From a candidate division WWE3 bacterium RAAC2_WWE3_1 (GTDB taxonomy: Bacteria > Patescibacteriota > WWE3 > UBA101185 > UBA10185): 43,789 nt of DNA. The translations under genes were made by a program, and so were the position numbers. The notes under the pieces were generated by a model. That model worked only from the letters and a program-made list of their open reading frames with translations. It searched no databases and had not been told where the DNA came from. The stretch covers positions 1 through 43,789 of the forward strand of contig CP006914.1 of assembly GCA_000503835.1 (NCBI GenBank), written 5' to 3'. This document shows positions 1 through 8,353 of the stretch, in pieces (within the stretch, counting starts at the first letter, position 1; each line of letters starts with the position of its first letter).

Positions 1-3000
1 ATGAAACTAAAAATCAAACAGGCTACTCTGAGGACGATTTATTCGTACATAGGCATTCTGTCGCTTGTTGTAAACACTTCCAGCCCATTTCTGGTCGCTC
101 TTCAGTACACTGCGTACGCACAAGAGGTAGGTGCGACCGTAGAGGAGAGTGTGGCGAATGAGGAGCCGAGTGAAGAACCGGCACCTGCTGATGAAAGTGC
201 AAGTGAAGAATCGGCACCGAGCGAAAGTTCAACCGCTCTCGAAGAGATAGCGGTGGAGGAAACTCCGGCCGAAGAACCTCCGGTAACAGAAGAAGTGTTA
301 GGAACCTCAACAGAAGACCAAGCTACAACTGAAACTCCGAGTGACTCGCCGAGCCAAGAGACGGTCCCGGCAGAACTTCCCGCCGACGAAACTCAACAAG
401 GAGACATCTTACCTGATGGGGTGAGTGACTACAGACCGGAAGTTGTGGAGGAATCGGTAGTTGTTGACTCTGCACCGGCCGCCGAAATCATTACAGACAT
501 AACCGACGTTATAGATCCGGTTATAGAACAGATTGAAGGAACTGTTACAGAAAAAGAATGTTTAGCGGACGGTGTTGAAATAACAGACAGCACTACCGCG
601 GGTTGGACTGTTGATTCTGAAAAAGGCTACGCAGAAACTAAAGAACCGGTGAAGCTGGGGGTTAAATATATTTTCCCCGAGGAAGAAGGAGTATCCGTTA
701 CCTTTTCTTGTTTACCTAAAAATGTAGACGACAGATCGGTTTTGAGAATTCAGGAAGTTAGAGTTTCCGATTTGAATTTGCCTGAAGAATTTAAAACTGA
801 CGCCGAGTTCGCTTACGATATTACGACCGATATGGTTAATGGGGAGTTTGAATATGATTTGACTTTGCCGAAGCCGGAGGGGGTTGAGGCAGAAATTTTT
901 TATATAGAGAAGAGTGTCGAAGAGGCTGTAGAAGAGGTTGGAAACGATGACGTCAAGAAGATCGAAAAAGATAAATTAGTGCAGGGTGACGACGTTGTTG
1001 AGGTTAGCGACATAGACCACTTCACTATCTACTACTTAGCACCCCCGAACGAAAATTGGGCTTGTCAAAATGATGAGCAGGGTGTTAACGATGAACCGGG
1101 GCAAAAAGATTTGACAAAAATGTGCCTAGATACGGCCTCCACAAATCCTTTGAATATTTTATGGGATTGGGACGACACTGCGTGGCCGGGTGGTAATACG
1201 GGCGATGCTTGTAGTTTATTCGACACAGATGCTGACGGATTAGCAAATTTTGCTCTTTGTGTCACAGTGTATAACAGCCCAGCCGAGTATCAGGCAAAAG
1301 CGCTTTATTCCTGTAATGATACAAGATCAGATAGGTGTGCGGGAGCGACTTCAATATCGCCAATTAGCTCGTCTTGTACAGCTAGTGTGGAATCATCAGA
1401 TCCGTTTGTGGCCGGTGATTCATACCCAAACGATACCGTTGCCCATTGTGGTGTTCAGTTATCTGAAGTTGGTGGCACGTCCTCAAAACTTCTAGACGTG
1501 TGCTCATTTCCTTCTCAGGAACCGGGTTCAGATCCTTCAGATTGTATCGTAGCTTCTACTGCAAACCAAACAGGATTGTTAGAGGTGAGGAAAATTTTAG
1601 TTCCGTCAACCGATAGCGGACTTTTTAATTTACAGATTGATGGGACAACCTATGCTACTAATGTCGGTAATGCAGGTACTACGGGGGAAAAGATCGTTGA
1701 TGCAGAGAATCATACTGTTGGAGAAATTGCTGGCTCGGGAACGAACCTCGCTAACTATACTTCGGAGATTGTTTGCAAAAATAACAACGGGGCGGGATCA
1801 ATTGTTGCCTCATCAACTACCTCCGGTCCCTTAACAGTTAGCGTAGCAAACAATGCTGATGTTGTTTGTACCATTACTAATTCACAGACGGTTGGTAATT
1901 TGATTGTTAAGAAGGTGGTTATCAATGACAGTGGAGGAGTAAAGGTTGCCGCGGATTTCAGCTTCTTAGTTAATGGCGGTGCCTCGGCCAGTTTCGAAGC
2001 AGATGGTCAAAATGATCTTTCAGTTAGTGCTGGGGCATATACCATCACTGAACCTTCAGTTACTGGCTACACCACAACTTACAATAACTGTGTTGATGTA
2101 AACGTTCCCGCCGGTGGTACTGCAACCTGTACCATTACAAACGACGATCAACAAGCCTACATCATCGTTGATAAAACGGTAACAAACAACAACGGTGGTT
2201 CAGCAGTAGCTGACGACTTTGATCTTACAGTTGATGGTAATCTCGTATTGGACGGAGTTGCCTATGCAGTTAATCCGGGTGCACACACTGCCGGTGAAAC
2301 CAATCTTCCTGGATATACACAAGGAACCTGGGGTGGAGACTGCGATGTTAATGCAGGTGTCACCGTAGCTTTAGGTGAAACAAAGACCTGTACCATTACA
2401 AACGACGATCAACAAGCCTACATCATCGTTGATAAAACGGTAACAAACAACAACGGTGGTTCAGCAGTAGCTGACGACTTTGATCTTACAGTTGATGGTA
2501 ATCTCGTATTGGACGGAGTTGCCTATGCAGTTAATCCGGGTGCACACACTGCCGGTGAAACCAATCTTCCTGGATATACACAAGGAACCTGGGGTGGAGA
2601 CTGCGATGTTAATGCAGGTGTCACCGTAGCTTTAGGTGAAACAAAGACCTGTACCATTACAAACGACGATCAACCCGCTTCCGTACAAGGTGGAAAATAC
2701 AACGATATCAACGGAAACGGAAATTTCGATGAAAACGAAGTAAATGATGATAACAGACTAGATGGTTGGACCATTAATCTTTATGATGACGAATGGACTT
2801 TACTCAAATCAATGGTTACCGGGAATGGTTCAACTCCTGCAGGTCCTGTAGAAAAAGGACAATTCAAATTTATAGGGCTCTCAGTCGGAGAGTATTATGT
2901 TTGTGAAGTGCAAAATTCTTTGTGGACACAGACAGAACCAAATGCTGACACAGGGTTTCTTTCTCAGACTTTGCAAAGTTACTGTCATGAAATAGAGCTT

Positions 3001-4989
3001 TCCCTGGGTCAAAATCTGGAAGGTATTCAATTCGGGAACTTCGATAACAAAACAATTACAGGATACAAATTCTCGGATCTGGATGGGAATGGGAGCCGCG
3101 ACGAAGGGGACGACCCTATAGAAGGATGGGAAATAACATTATGCAGGTACGACCCTTTAGTTAGCGAAGATGAACTATTGGAAGCTTATATAGACGAATC
3201 TTGCTTAATTGTAGAAACAACTAGTACTGACGAAAATGGGAGATACGAGTTTACCGGGCTAGGTCCCGGAACCTACAAAATTTCAGAAGAGCAGAGGAGT
3301 TACTTTAACGTGATATCCCCTGCAAGCGGTGAATACGATAACATAGATATAAATTCTCTCCGAGAATCTTACGACTTCTATAATCAACCAGTATTACCGG
3401 AACTGACAATATCTAAGACCAACAATAGTAATTCTCCTCAAAGCCCCGGGGATTCTGTCGGGTTCATAATAGTAGTGAACGTGCTGGGTTCCAATGTAGA
3501 TGATGTGATAGTGACTGATTTGCTCTCGGACGGCTTCAAGTATAGATCGGGCTCTTGGGAAGTTGTTTCAGATTTCGACGGTCCTGTTGCAACGCTCGAA
3601 CCTACATATGCCTCTCCAGGTAAGTGGTTTTTAGGGGATATGAAGGAAGGCGATACCTACACTCTCACATATATAGCGGATATCCAAAGCGATGTGGACG
3701 CAGGTACATATAAAGATCTTGCGTGGGTAAAAGGCACCGACTTTTGGGAAGGTAACGTGTTGGGGCAGGCTGTTGAACCCGGTGTGGTAAATACGGCATT
3801 CGTTGGTACAGCCGTGGAGGTTGTGACTCCGAATCCTGACCCGGAAGCCGAAGCTGAGGTAGATGAAGAGGAAATCACTGAAGAGGTACTCGGTACTTCG
3901 ACAATAAGACTTCCCGCTACCGGTTCTGACACAGTAATATTAATTTCTGCTCTCTTAATTATGATCTTAGGAATATTAATGACAGCCATATCTAGGAAAA
4001 AGCGATTTATGCCGATAGTGGTCGCAATGTTCTTCACATTTGTTTTAGGAGCAGGAAAAGTATATGCCGAGACCCCAAATTTAACCGTCCTTATCGAAGA
4101 TCCCGAAACATCGTTTAACGAGCCTTTCAAGATCACATTCGTGGCCATGGATTTGCTTGGAGACGGAGACCTCACGGCTTATTGTGAAAAAGACGGGCCA
4201 AATGATCCAGGTTGGGTTGAGTACGATTCGACGGAACTCTCAATGGGCGGAAATACAGGGGTGTGCGATGTTACAAGCGGCGTTCTTAACGGTACCGGTA
4301 GCTATAAATTTAGGGTTAAGGTAATTGCAGAATGGGAAGATTCTGTTGATGAAACTGTATATTCAAACGAAGTTACAACCACCTACGACAACGACGGTCC
4401 CGACAAACCAAAATACATAGAAGTCGACAGAAAATCCGACTGCAAATACGAAATAACACTCAAAACAGCAAACGATAGCCAGACCGATTACGTCGAAGTC
4501 TACATGTCTGATGAAAAAGAATTCACCGCAGGTCCGGGAAGCAGAATAAGAACCTTCGACATGGGACCGGACGAAAAGAAAACATTTACTGAAGAGGTCG
4601 GTGGAGAAAAATGTGCTCACAGACAGTATTTTGCCATACGGGCATTCGACTCCTCAGGCAACGGTTCCGATGTGGAAGCTGAAGAATTGGTAGATGTTAA
4701 TACCGTAACAATAAACAAAGAAGAGGTGATTTACGAAGCTTCAATAGCCTCAACCGGTGGATCCTCAATCGGACCCGGAGAAGGTAACGAAAACGCCGAA
4801 GTAGTACCCACAGAAGAAGAAATCGGCGGAGGTGAAGAAGGAAGCGTCTTAGGAGAACAAGCTCAGGAACAGGGAGGACAGAAAAAAAGCTTCTTCGGAA
4901 AACTACTTTCAAGTCCATGGACATGGGTAGTGCTGGTAATACTCCTTGGCGGATTAACGATAAATGGACTTAGAAAAAGGAACGAATAA
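1..4989 (+). CDS. Giant modular LPXTG-type cell-surface protein (1662 aa) with a second exported module in frame after the sorting signal
   Basis: One uninterrupted frame-1 ORF. N-terminal signal peptide (..LVALQYTAYA/QE) and an E/P/S/T-rich acidic tract. Cys-rich region. Four tandem ~87-aa domains, each ending CTITN(S/D). Two SdrD-B-like Ca-binding repeats (DINGNGNFDENE, DLDGNGSRDEGD). DUF11-like segment (TISKTNNS..VTDLLSDGF). LPATG + TM + RKKR, then MPIVVAMFFTFVLGAGKVYA/ETP, an FN3-like domain, and a C-terminal TM + RKRNE. Confidence 0.85.
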   Translation: MKLKIKQATLRTIYSYIGILSLVVNTSSPFLVALQYTAYAQEVGATVEESVANEEPSEEPAPADESASEESAPSESSTALEEIAVEETPAEEPPVTEEVLGTSTEDQATTETPSDSPSQETVPAELPADETQQGDILPDGVSDYRPEVVEESVVVDSAPAAEIITDITDVIDPVIEQIEGTVTEKECLADGVEITDSTTAGWTVDSEKGYAETKEPVKLGVKYIFPEEEGVSVTFSCLPKNVDDRSVLRIQEVRVSDLNLPEEFKTDAEFAYDITTDMVNGEFEYDLTLPKPEGVEAEIFYIEKSVEEAVEEVGNDDVKKIEKDKLVQGDDVVEVSDIDHFTIYYLAPPNENWACQNDEQGVNDEPGQKDLTKMCLDTASTNPLNILWDWDDTAWPGGNTGDACSLFDTDADGLANFALCVTVYNSPAEYQAKALYSCNDTRSDRCAGATSISPISSSCTASVESSDPFVAGDSYPNDTVAHCGVQLSEVGGTSSKLLDVCSFPSQEPGSDPSDCIVASTANQTGLLEVRKILVPSTDSGLFNLQIDGTTYATNVGNAGTTGEKIVDAENHTVGEIAGSGTNLANYTSEIVCKNNNGAGSIVASSTTSGPLTVSVANNADVVCTITNSQTVGNLIVKKVVINDSGGVKVAADFSFLVNGGASASFEADGQNDLSVSAGAYTITEPSVTGYTTTYNNCVDVNVPAGGTATCTITNDDQQAYIIVDKTVTNNNGGSAVADDFDLTVDGNLVLDGVAYAVNPGAHTAGETNLPGYTQGTWGGDCDVNAGVTVALGETKTCTITNDDQQAYIIVDKTVTNNNGGSAVADDFDLTVDGNLVLDGVAYAVNPGAHTAGETNLPGYTQGTWGGDCDVNAGVTVALGETKTCTITNDDQPASVQGGKYNDINGNGNFDENEVNDDNRLDGWTINLYDDEWTLLKSMVTGNGSTPAGPVEKGQFKFIGLSVGEYYVCEVQNSLWTQTEPNADTGFLSQTLQSYCHEIELSLGQNLEGIQFGNFDNKTITGYKFSDLDGNGSRDEGDDPIEGWEITLCRYDPLVSEDELLEAYIDESCLIVETTSTDENGRYEFTGLGPGTYKISEEQRSYFNVISPASGEYDNIDINSLRESYDFYNQPVLPELTISKTNNSNSPQSPGDSVGFIIVVNVLGSNVDDVIVTDLLSDGFKYRSGSWEVVSDFDGPVATLEPTYASPGKWFLGDMKEGDTYTLTYIADIQSDVDAGTYKDLAWVKGTDFWEGNVLGQAVEPGVVNTAFVGTAVEVVTPNPDPEAEAEVDEEEITEEVLGTSTIRLPATGSDTVILISALLIMILGILMTAISRKKRFMPIVVAMFFTFVLGAGKVYAETPNLTVLIEDPETSFNEPFKITFVAMDLLGDGDLTAYCEKDGPNDPGWVEYDSTELSMGGNTGVCDVTSGVLNGTGSYKFRVKVIAEWEDSVDETVYSNEVTTTYDNDGPDKPKYIEVDRKSDCKYEITLKTANDSQTDYVEVYMSDEKEFTAGPGSRIRTFDMGPDEKKTFTEEVGGEKCAHRQYFAIRAFDSSGNGSDVEAEELVDVNTVTINKEEVIYEASIASTGGSSIGPGEGNENAEVVPTEEEIGGGEEGSVLGEQAQEQGGQKKSFFGKLLSSPWTWVVLVILLGGLTINGLRKRNE
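2125..2674 (+). repeat. Perfect tandem duplication (2 x 261 bp plus a 28-bp partial third unit) inside the surface-protein gene
   Basis: 2125-2385 and 2386-2646 are identical base for base when read side by side. 2647-2674 repeats the first 28 nt of the unit. Each unit encodes one 87-aa domain (AYIIVDKTVTNNNGGSAVADDFDLTVDG...ETKTCTITNDDQ). Confidence 0.95.
3910..4008 (+). other. Sortase sorting signal: LPATG (3910-3924), hydrophobic segment, RKKRF tail
   Basis: Translation reads IRLPATGSDTVILISALLIMILGILMTAISRKKRF. This is the canonical tripartite cell-wall sorting signal, and a sortase gene lies immediately downstream. Confidence 0.8.
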
Positions 4990-5641
4990 ATTAATTAAGA
5001 GGTTAACCCAAGCCCAACCGCGCCCAGTCCTTTACAGGCTGGGCATCGGCTTTGTAGGGCTGTCTCTGCTAGCATTGTTGGCTATCTTCTATCCAAGTAT
5101 ATCCAATGAGTTAAAGTATCGTCTTAGCCCTCCCAAGGCTGATGCCGAGGTAAAATTGACCCCCTCCGACACACAAAATGGTGGTAAAGAATATATAGTG
5201 GCGGCCGACCCTTACTTAAGTATTGTCATCCCAAAAATCGGTGCTAATGCCAAAATAATCAAAGATGTGAATCCTTTGGATAGCAGGGAGTATCAGAAAG
5301 CTTTAACCGAAGGTGTTGCGCATGCAAGAGGTACAGCGTTGCCGGGACAGATCGGAAATGTATTTTTATTTGCCCACTCTTCTGACAATTTTTTGAACGC
5401 GAACAGATATAATGCCGTCTTTTACCTTCTCAATAAAATGGAAAAGGGCGACAAGATCTACCTTATTTTTAACCGCCGCAAGTTCGAATATACCGTAACA
5501 GAAACGAAAATTGTGTCCGCAGACGAGATTTCCTATATGGAATCGGAGTCTGAAACCGCTAAAGTTACCTTAATGACGTGCTGGCCGGCAGGGACGACCT
5601 TCAAGCGTCTTGTGGTTGTTGCAGAGATGTTACCTAATTAA
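4964..5641 (+). CDS. srt: Sortase (cysteine transpeptidase)
   Basis: N-terminal TM anchor. Catalytic His context VFLFAHSS, catalytic Cys motif TLMTCWP, downstream Arg (FKRLVVV). Overlaps the 3' end of the LPXTG protein gene by 26 nt. Confidence 0.9.
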   Translation: MDLEKGTNKLIKRLTQAQPRPVLYRLGIGFVGLSLLALLAIFYPSISNELKYRLSPPKADAEVKLTPSDTQNGGKEYIVAADPYLSIVIPKIGANAKIIKDVNPLDSREYQKALTEGVAHARGTALPGQIGNVFLFAHSSDNFLNANRYNAVFYLLNKMEKGDKIYLIFNRRKFEYTVTETKIVSADEISYMESESETAKVTLMTCWPAGTTFKRLVVVAEMLPN

Positions 5642-5665
5642 GCTCCTCATCTCACCCTATAGTGT

Positions 5666-5694
5666 TTGACTAAATTCAGAAGTTTTGTTATAAT
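5666..5694 (+). promoter_or_regulatory. Near-consensus sigma70-type promoter TTGACT-17 nt-TATAAT with extended -10 (TGtTATAAT)
   Basis: TTGACT at 5666-5671, 17-nt spacer, TG at 5686-5687, TATAAT at 5689-5694. Lies about 47 nt upstream of the GTG at 5742. Confidence 0.6.
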
Positions 5695-5741
5695 ACCGCC
5701 ATTGTAATCCACGACCACCACAAATGATTAGGAGGTTTGAT

Positions 5742-6233
5742 GTGTGCAACAAAGATGTTCATCAACAAATTATTGATGACGCGGTAGACATCGCAGCAAG
5801 TGAAGGCCGGGCGCCGGAACAGGGTGATTTTATGACCGCTTCGGTCATTAACCATAAAAGGATGTCCCCCGAAGAACAACGGCTGTTGCAAAGTGACCTT
5901 CAGGCAGCCGAACTTGGCGCAAGCAGCGAAGGTCTTGGTTCTTCTTTTCTTTTCGATGAGGAAAGCTATTACGAAGAGGAACCCGACCTTTACGGAGAAA
6001 CCTGCCCCAATTGCGGATTCGACAAGAATTACTGCAGGTGTCCTGACGAGGAAGATTTGTCGGCCAAGTTTTTCTGTCTTTCCACCGGCTGCCCAAACAA
6101 CCCAGATTGGTACGAATTTGAATCGGGTGTTTCAGAGTCTGACGTTGAAGAAACAAAAAAACGTTTCATTCAGCTTCACGCGGAACAATGCGGCTGCGGT
6201 GCCGAGATTAAAGTGTCGGTAGACGAGAGGTAG
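5742..6233 (+). CDS. Hypothetical acidic Cys-rich protein (~163 aa), no signal peptide
   Basis: The ORF track starts at 5724, but AGGAGG (5730-5735) lies 6 nt upstream of the in-frame GTG at 5742. Cys clusters CPNCGFDKNYCRCP, CLSTGCPNN and EQCGCG. D/E-rich. I recognise no family. Confidence 0.6.
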   Translation: MCNKDVHQQIIDDAVDIAASEGRAPEQGDFMTASVINHKRMSPEEQRLLQSDLQAAELGASSEGLGSSFLFDEESYYEEEPDLYGETCPNCGFDKNYCRCPDEEDLSAKFFCLSTGCPNNPDWYEFESGVSESDVEETKKRFIQLHAEQCGCGAEIKVSVDER

Positions 6234-6239
6234 CTTTAA

Positions 6240-6296
6240 AAGGAGTAACAATGCTGCGGAATAAAAATCCAATGCAAAGTTACTCCTTATTTTTTC
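6240..6296 (+). terminator. Rho-independent terminator
   Basis: Perfect 10-bp stem AAGGAGTAAC (6240-6249) / GTTACTCCTT (6279-6288) followed by ATTTTTT. The loop is long (29 nt). Confidence 0.65.
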
Positions 6297-6318
6297 CAAA
6301 CTCTAACCCATAACCATC

Positions 6319-6346
6319 TAGACAAAAAATGTACTCAATATATAAT
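6319..6346 (+). promoter_or_regulatory. Promoter candidate TAGACA-16 nt-TATAAT, -10 ends 6 nt before ATG 6353
   Basis: TAGACA at 6319-6324, TATAAT at 6341-6346. No SD between the -10 and the ATG. Confidence 0.4.
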
Positions 6347-6352
6347 CTAAGC

Positions 6353-7648
6353 ATGCAATTATCTGATTTTGAGACACCCCTATCTCAAAACGGTCAAGGT
6401 CCTGTGGAACCCACACCGGTTCAGGGTCGCCCCATAAGAATGCCTAAGGCACCCCAACCAACACAAGATCCCGGTTTGAGCAATAATAATACGCCTCCCT
6501 TAGATTTAACTAATTCTATGAAACCCGTAAAAAAGAAAAAAACAGGTTTCTTAATGTCTGTAATCCTCGGCTTTATTGTGACCGCGCTGTTAGGCGGCGG
6601 TTACTGGTATATAAAAAGCCAGGAGAGTGCGCAAAATCCCGTAATACCAAATCCAAATTCAAACGAACCTACAACTAAAGTCACGGAAATCATGAATCCC
6701 TTAACGGGAAAAATGTTTCCCGAGACCGCAGCTAATTGGTTTGAGGACAGACCGTTCGGTGTGATGATGAACAACCACGTAGATGCCCGTCCCCAGTCAG
6801 GTTTAATTTACGCTGATATTGTTTATGAAGTAGTAGCAGAGGGCGGTATCACAAGATTTTTAACTTTCTTCTACTCCAATACTCCTGAAAAGATCGGTCC
6901 GGTGAGAAGCACCCGCGAGTATTACCTTGTGTTAGTCAAAGAACTGGGCGATGCCATGATTATGCATGACGGTTACTCTCCCCAGGCACTTTTTGCTATA
7001 GAAAACTGGCCGGTAAGAAGTCTTTTTAGAGGAGGTGCAACCTTGCCCTCCATTTGTGACGGTTGCGTTTGGAGAGACAACCCGAGGGATGTGGCCTACG
7101 AACACACCGAGTACACAAACGGAGTGAAACTCAGGGAACTGGGCGACTCATTGGGATGGGAAGGCCAGACTACTGTAAGACCCTGGCTTTTCAAAGATAG
7201 CTCGGACAAATACGCCGCCTCCTCTTCAGCTACCGATATAACAATAGATTATTGGTATCACGGAGATTACACAGGAGCTTTCAAGTTTGATCCTACGACC
7301 AACACGTATTTAAGGTACACAGGTATAGACGCCAACGATCAGCCTATCCCTCAACTGGATCAGGAAACGAAAGAGCAGGTAGCCGTTAAAAATCTGATAA
7401 TCCAGTTTGCAGTTGAATCTTCAATTGCCGGAGATGACAAGAGCAGGCTTGAATACGAACTTCTCGGAAGCGGAAAAGCTTTAGTATTTATCGACGGAAA
7501 AGTTGTTGATGCAACCTGGTCTAAAGCCGGACGCGATGAGAGAACAATATTTTACGATACTGCCGGTAACGAAGTGGAATTCAACCGTGGAAATTTCTGG
7601 ATCGGCATTGTTCCTGACCGCAATGTTGACCAGGTTGTCTATAAGTAG
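6353..7648 (+). CDS. DUF3048 (YerB-like) membrane-anchored exported protein
   Basis: RPFGVMMNNHVDARPQSGLIYADIVYEVVAEGGITRFLTFF..IGPVRSTREYY closely resembles the conserved core of B. subtilis YerB/DUF3048. Single TM (FLMSVILGFIVTALLGGGYWYI). The ORF track start 6329 is the alternative start. Confidence 0.85.
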   Translation: MQLSDFETPLSQNGQGPVEPTPVQGRPIRMPKAPQPTQDPGLSNNNTPPLDLTNSMKPVKKKKTGFLMSVILGFIVTALLGGGYWYIKSQESAQNPVIPNPNSNEPTTKVTEIMNPLTGKMFPETAANWFEDRPFGVMMNNHVDARPQSGLIYADIVYEVVAEGGITRFLTFFYSNTPEKIGPVRSTREYYLVLVKELGDAMIMHDGYSPQALFAIENWPVRSLFRGGATLPSICDGCVWRDNPRDVAYEHTEYTNGVKLRELGDSLGWEGQTTVRPWLFKDSSDKYAASSSATDITIDYWYHGDYTGAFKFDPTTNTYLRYTGIDANDQPIPQLDQETKEQVAVKNLIIQFAVESSIAGDDKSRLEYELLGSGKALVFIDGKVVDATWSKAGRDERTIFYDTAGNEVEFNRGNFWIGIVPDRNVDQVVYK

Positions 7649-7738
7649 GCCGTAAGGCCCATGATGTCCGCGGATGAAGGGTAATTTATTTTCGGGGGTG
7701 AAAGCCCGGAGAAGTGCTGCCCGGAAAAAGGTCAAAAT

Positions 7739-8335
7739 ATGTTAAAAAATTTATTTGTGTCCGAAGTCAGGGTCAAAATCCTGAAACTGTTGTTGCTTAA
7801 TCCCACTAAGTCGTTTCACGTGCGTGCCATAGTCCGTGCAGTTAAGGCGGAAATCAACGCGGTACGAAGGGAGCTGGATAATTTAATTTCCATAGGTCTT
7901 TTTTCAAAGAGACAGAGCTCCAACAAAATATTTTATACGGTTGATGTTATGCACCCGCTTTTTCCCGATCTTGTGTCGATATTGGCCAAGGACGATGGTG
8001 TAGGTGCAGAAATTATTAAGAGACAGAAAAAGCTCGGAAACATCACTTATGCTATTCTTTCCCGCTCATATCTACGCGGCCGCCAGTCCACGGCTTTAGA
8101 TGTAGATCTTTTTATTGTAGGGACGGTTGATCAACCGGAACTTGACAAGGTTATTAAAGAAAATGAAACTCTCACAGGAAGGGAAATAAACTATTCCGTG
8201 ATGGATGAAGAAGAGTTCAATTACAGAAAAAGAACCTACGACCAATTCATCATGAAGATATTATCTCAAAGCAGAGCAATGCTCATCGGAGACGAAGAAG
8301 AATTTGTTTCAGTGATTGCCACCCACCAGTCATAA
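7739..8335 (+). CDS. Winged-helix (ArsR-like) regulator with a C-terminal nucleotidyltransferase-like domain
   Basis: N-terminus VRVKILKLLLLNPTKSFHVRAIVRAVKAEINAVRRELDNLISIGL is wHTH-like. The C-terminal segment DVDLFIVG...REINYSVMDEEEF is typical of minimal NTase-like domains. Family assignment is by eye only. Confidence 0.5.
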   Translation: MLKNLFVSEVRVKILKLLLLNPTKSFHVRAIVRAVKAEINAVRRELDNLISIGLFSKRQSSNKIFYTVDVMHPLFPDLVSILAKDDGVGAEIIKRQKKLGNITYAILSRSYLRGRQSTALDVDLFIVGTVDQPELDKVIKENETLTGREINYSVMDEEEFNYRKRTYDQFIMKILSQSRAMLIGDEEEFVSVIATHQS

Positions 8336-8339
8336 AATA

Positions 8340-8345
8340 TATAAT
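8340..8345 (+). promoter_or_regulatory. -10 candidate TATAAT 8 nt upstream of the secD ATG
   Basis: TATAAT at 8340-8345, ATG at 8354, no SD in the 8-nt gap. Confidence 0.3.
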
Positions 8346-8353
8346 CTCTGAGT

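Noticed and set aside
2125-2674. Diversity-generating retroelement (template/variable repeat pair)
   Set aside because: The two copies are identical, with no adenine-specific differences. They are adjacent and in frame, and no reverse transcriptase gene is present.
3657-4175. 172-aa minus-strand ORF inside the surface-protein gene. The same applies to 23-310, 1065-1265, 4363-4620 and 4697-4924.
   Set aside because: It is antisense to a long ORF with clear domain content, its translation is low-complexity with no start signals, and it is typical of stop-poor antisense frames.
5848-6222. Alternative-frame ORFs (102 aa minus, 109 aa plus) overlapping the Cys-rich gene
   Set aside because: The promoter, AGGAGG and terminator all bracket the 5742-6233 frame, and the alternatives have no start signals. 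I cannot fully exclude them without conservation data.
7646-7660. The 11-mer TAGGCCGTAAG just after the stop at 7646 also occurs at about 29788 after the pnp stop. I considered it as a possible shared terminator or REP-like element.
   Set aside because: An 11-mer shared once within a 44-kb window is expected by chance many times over. The GGCC-GTAA-GGCC hairpin has only 4 bp and is absent at the second site.
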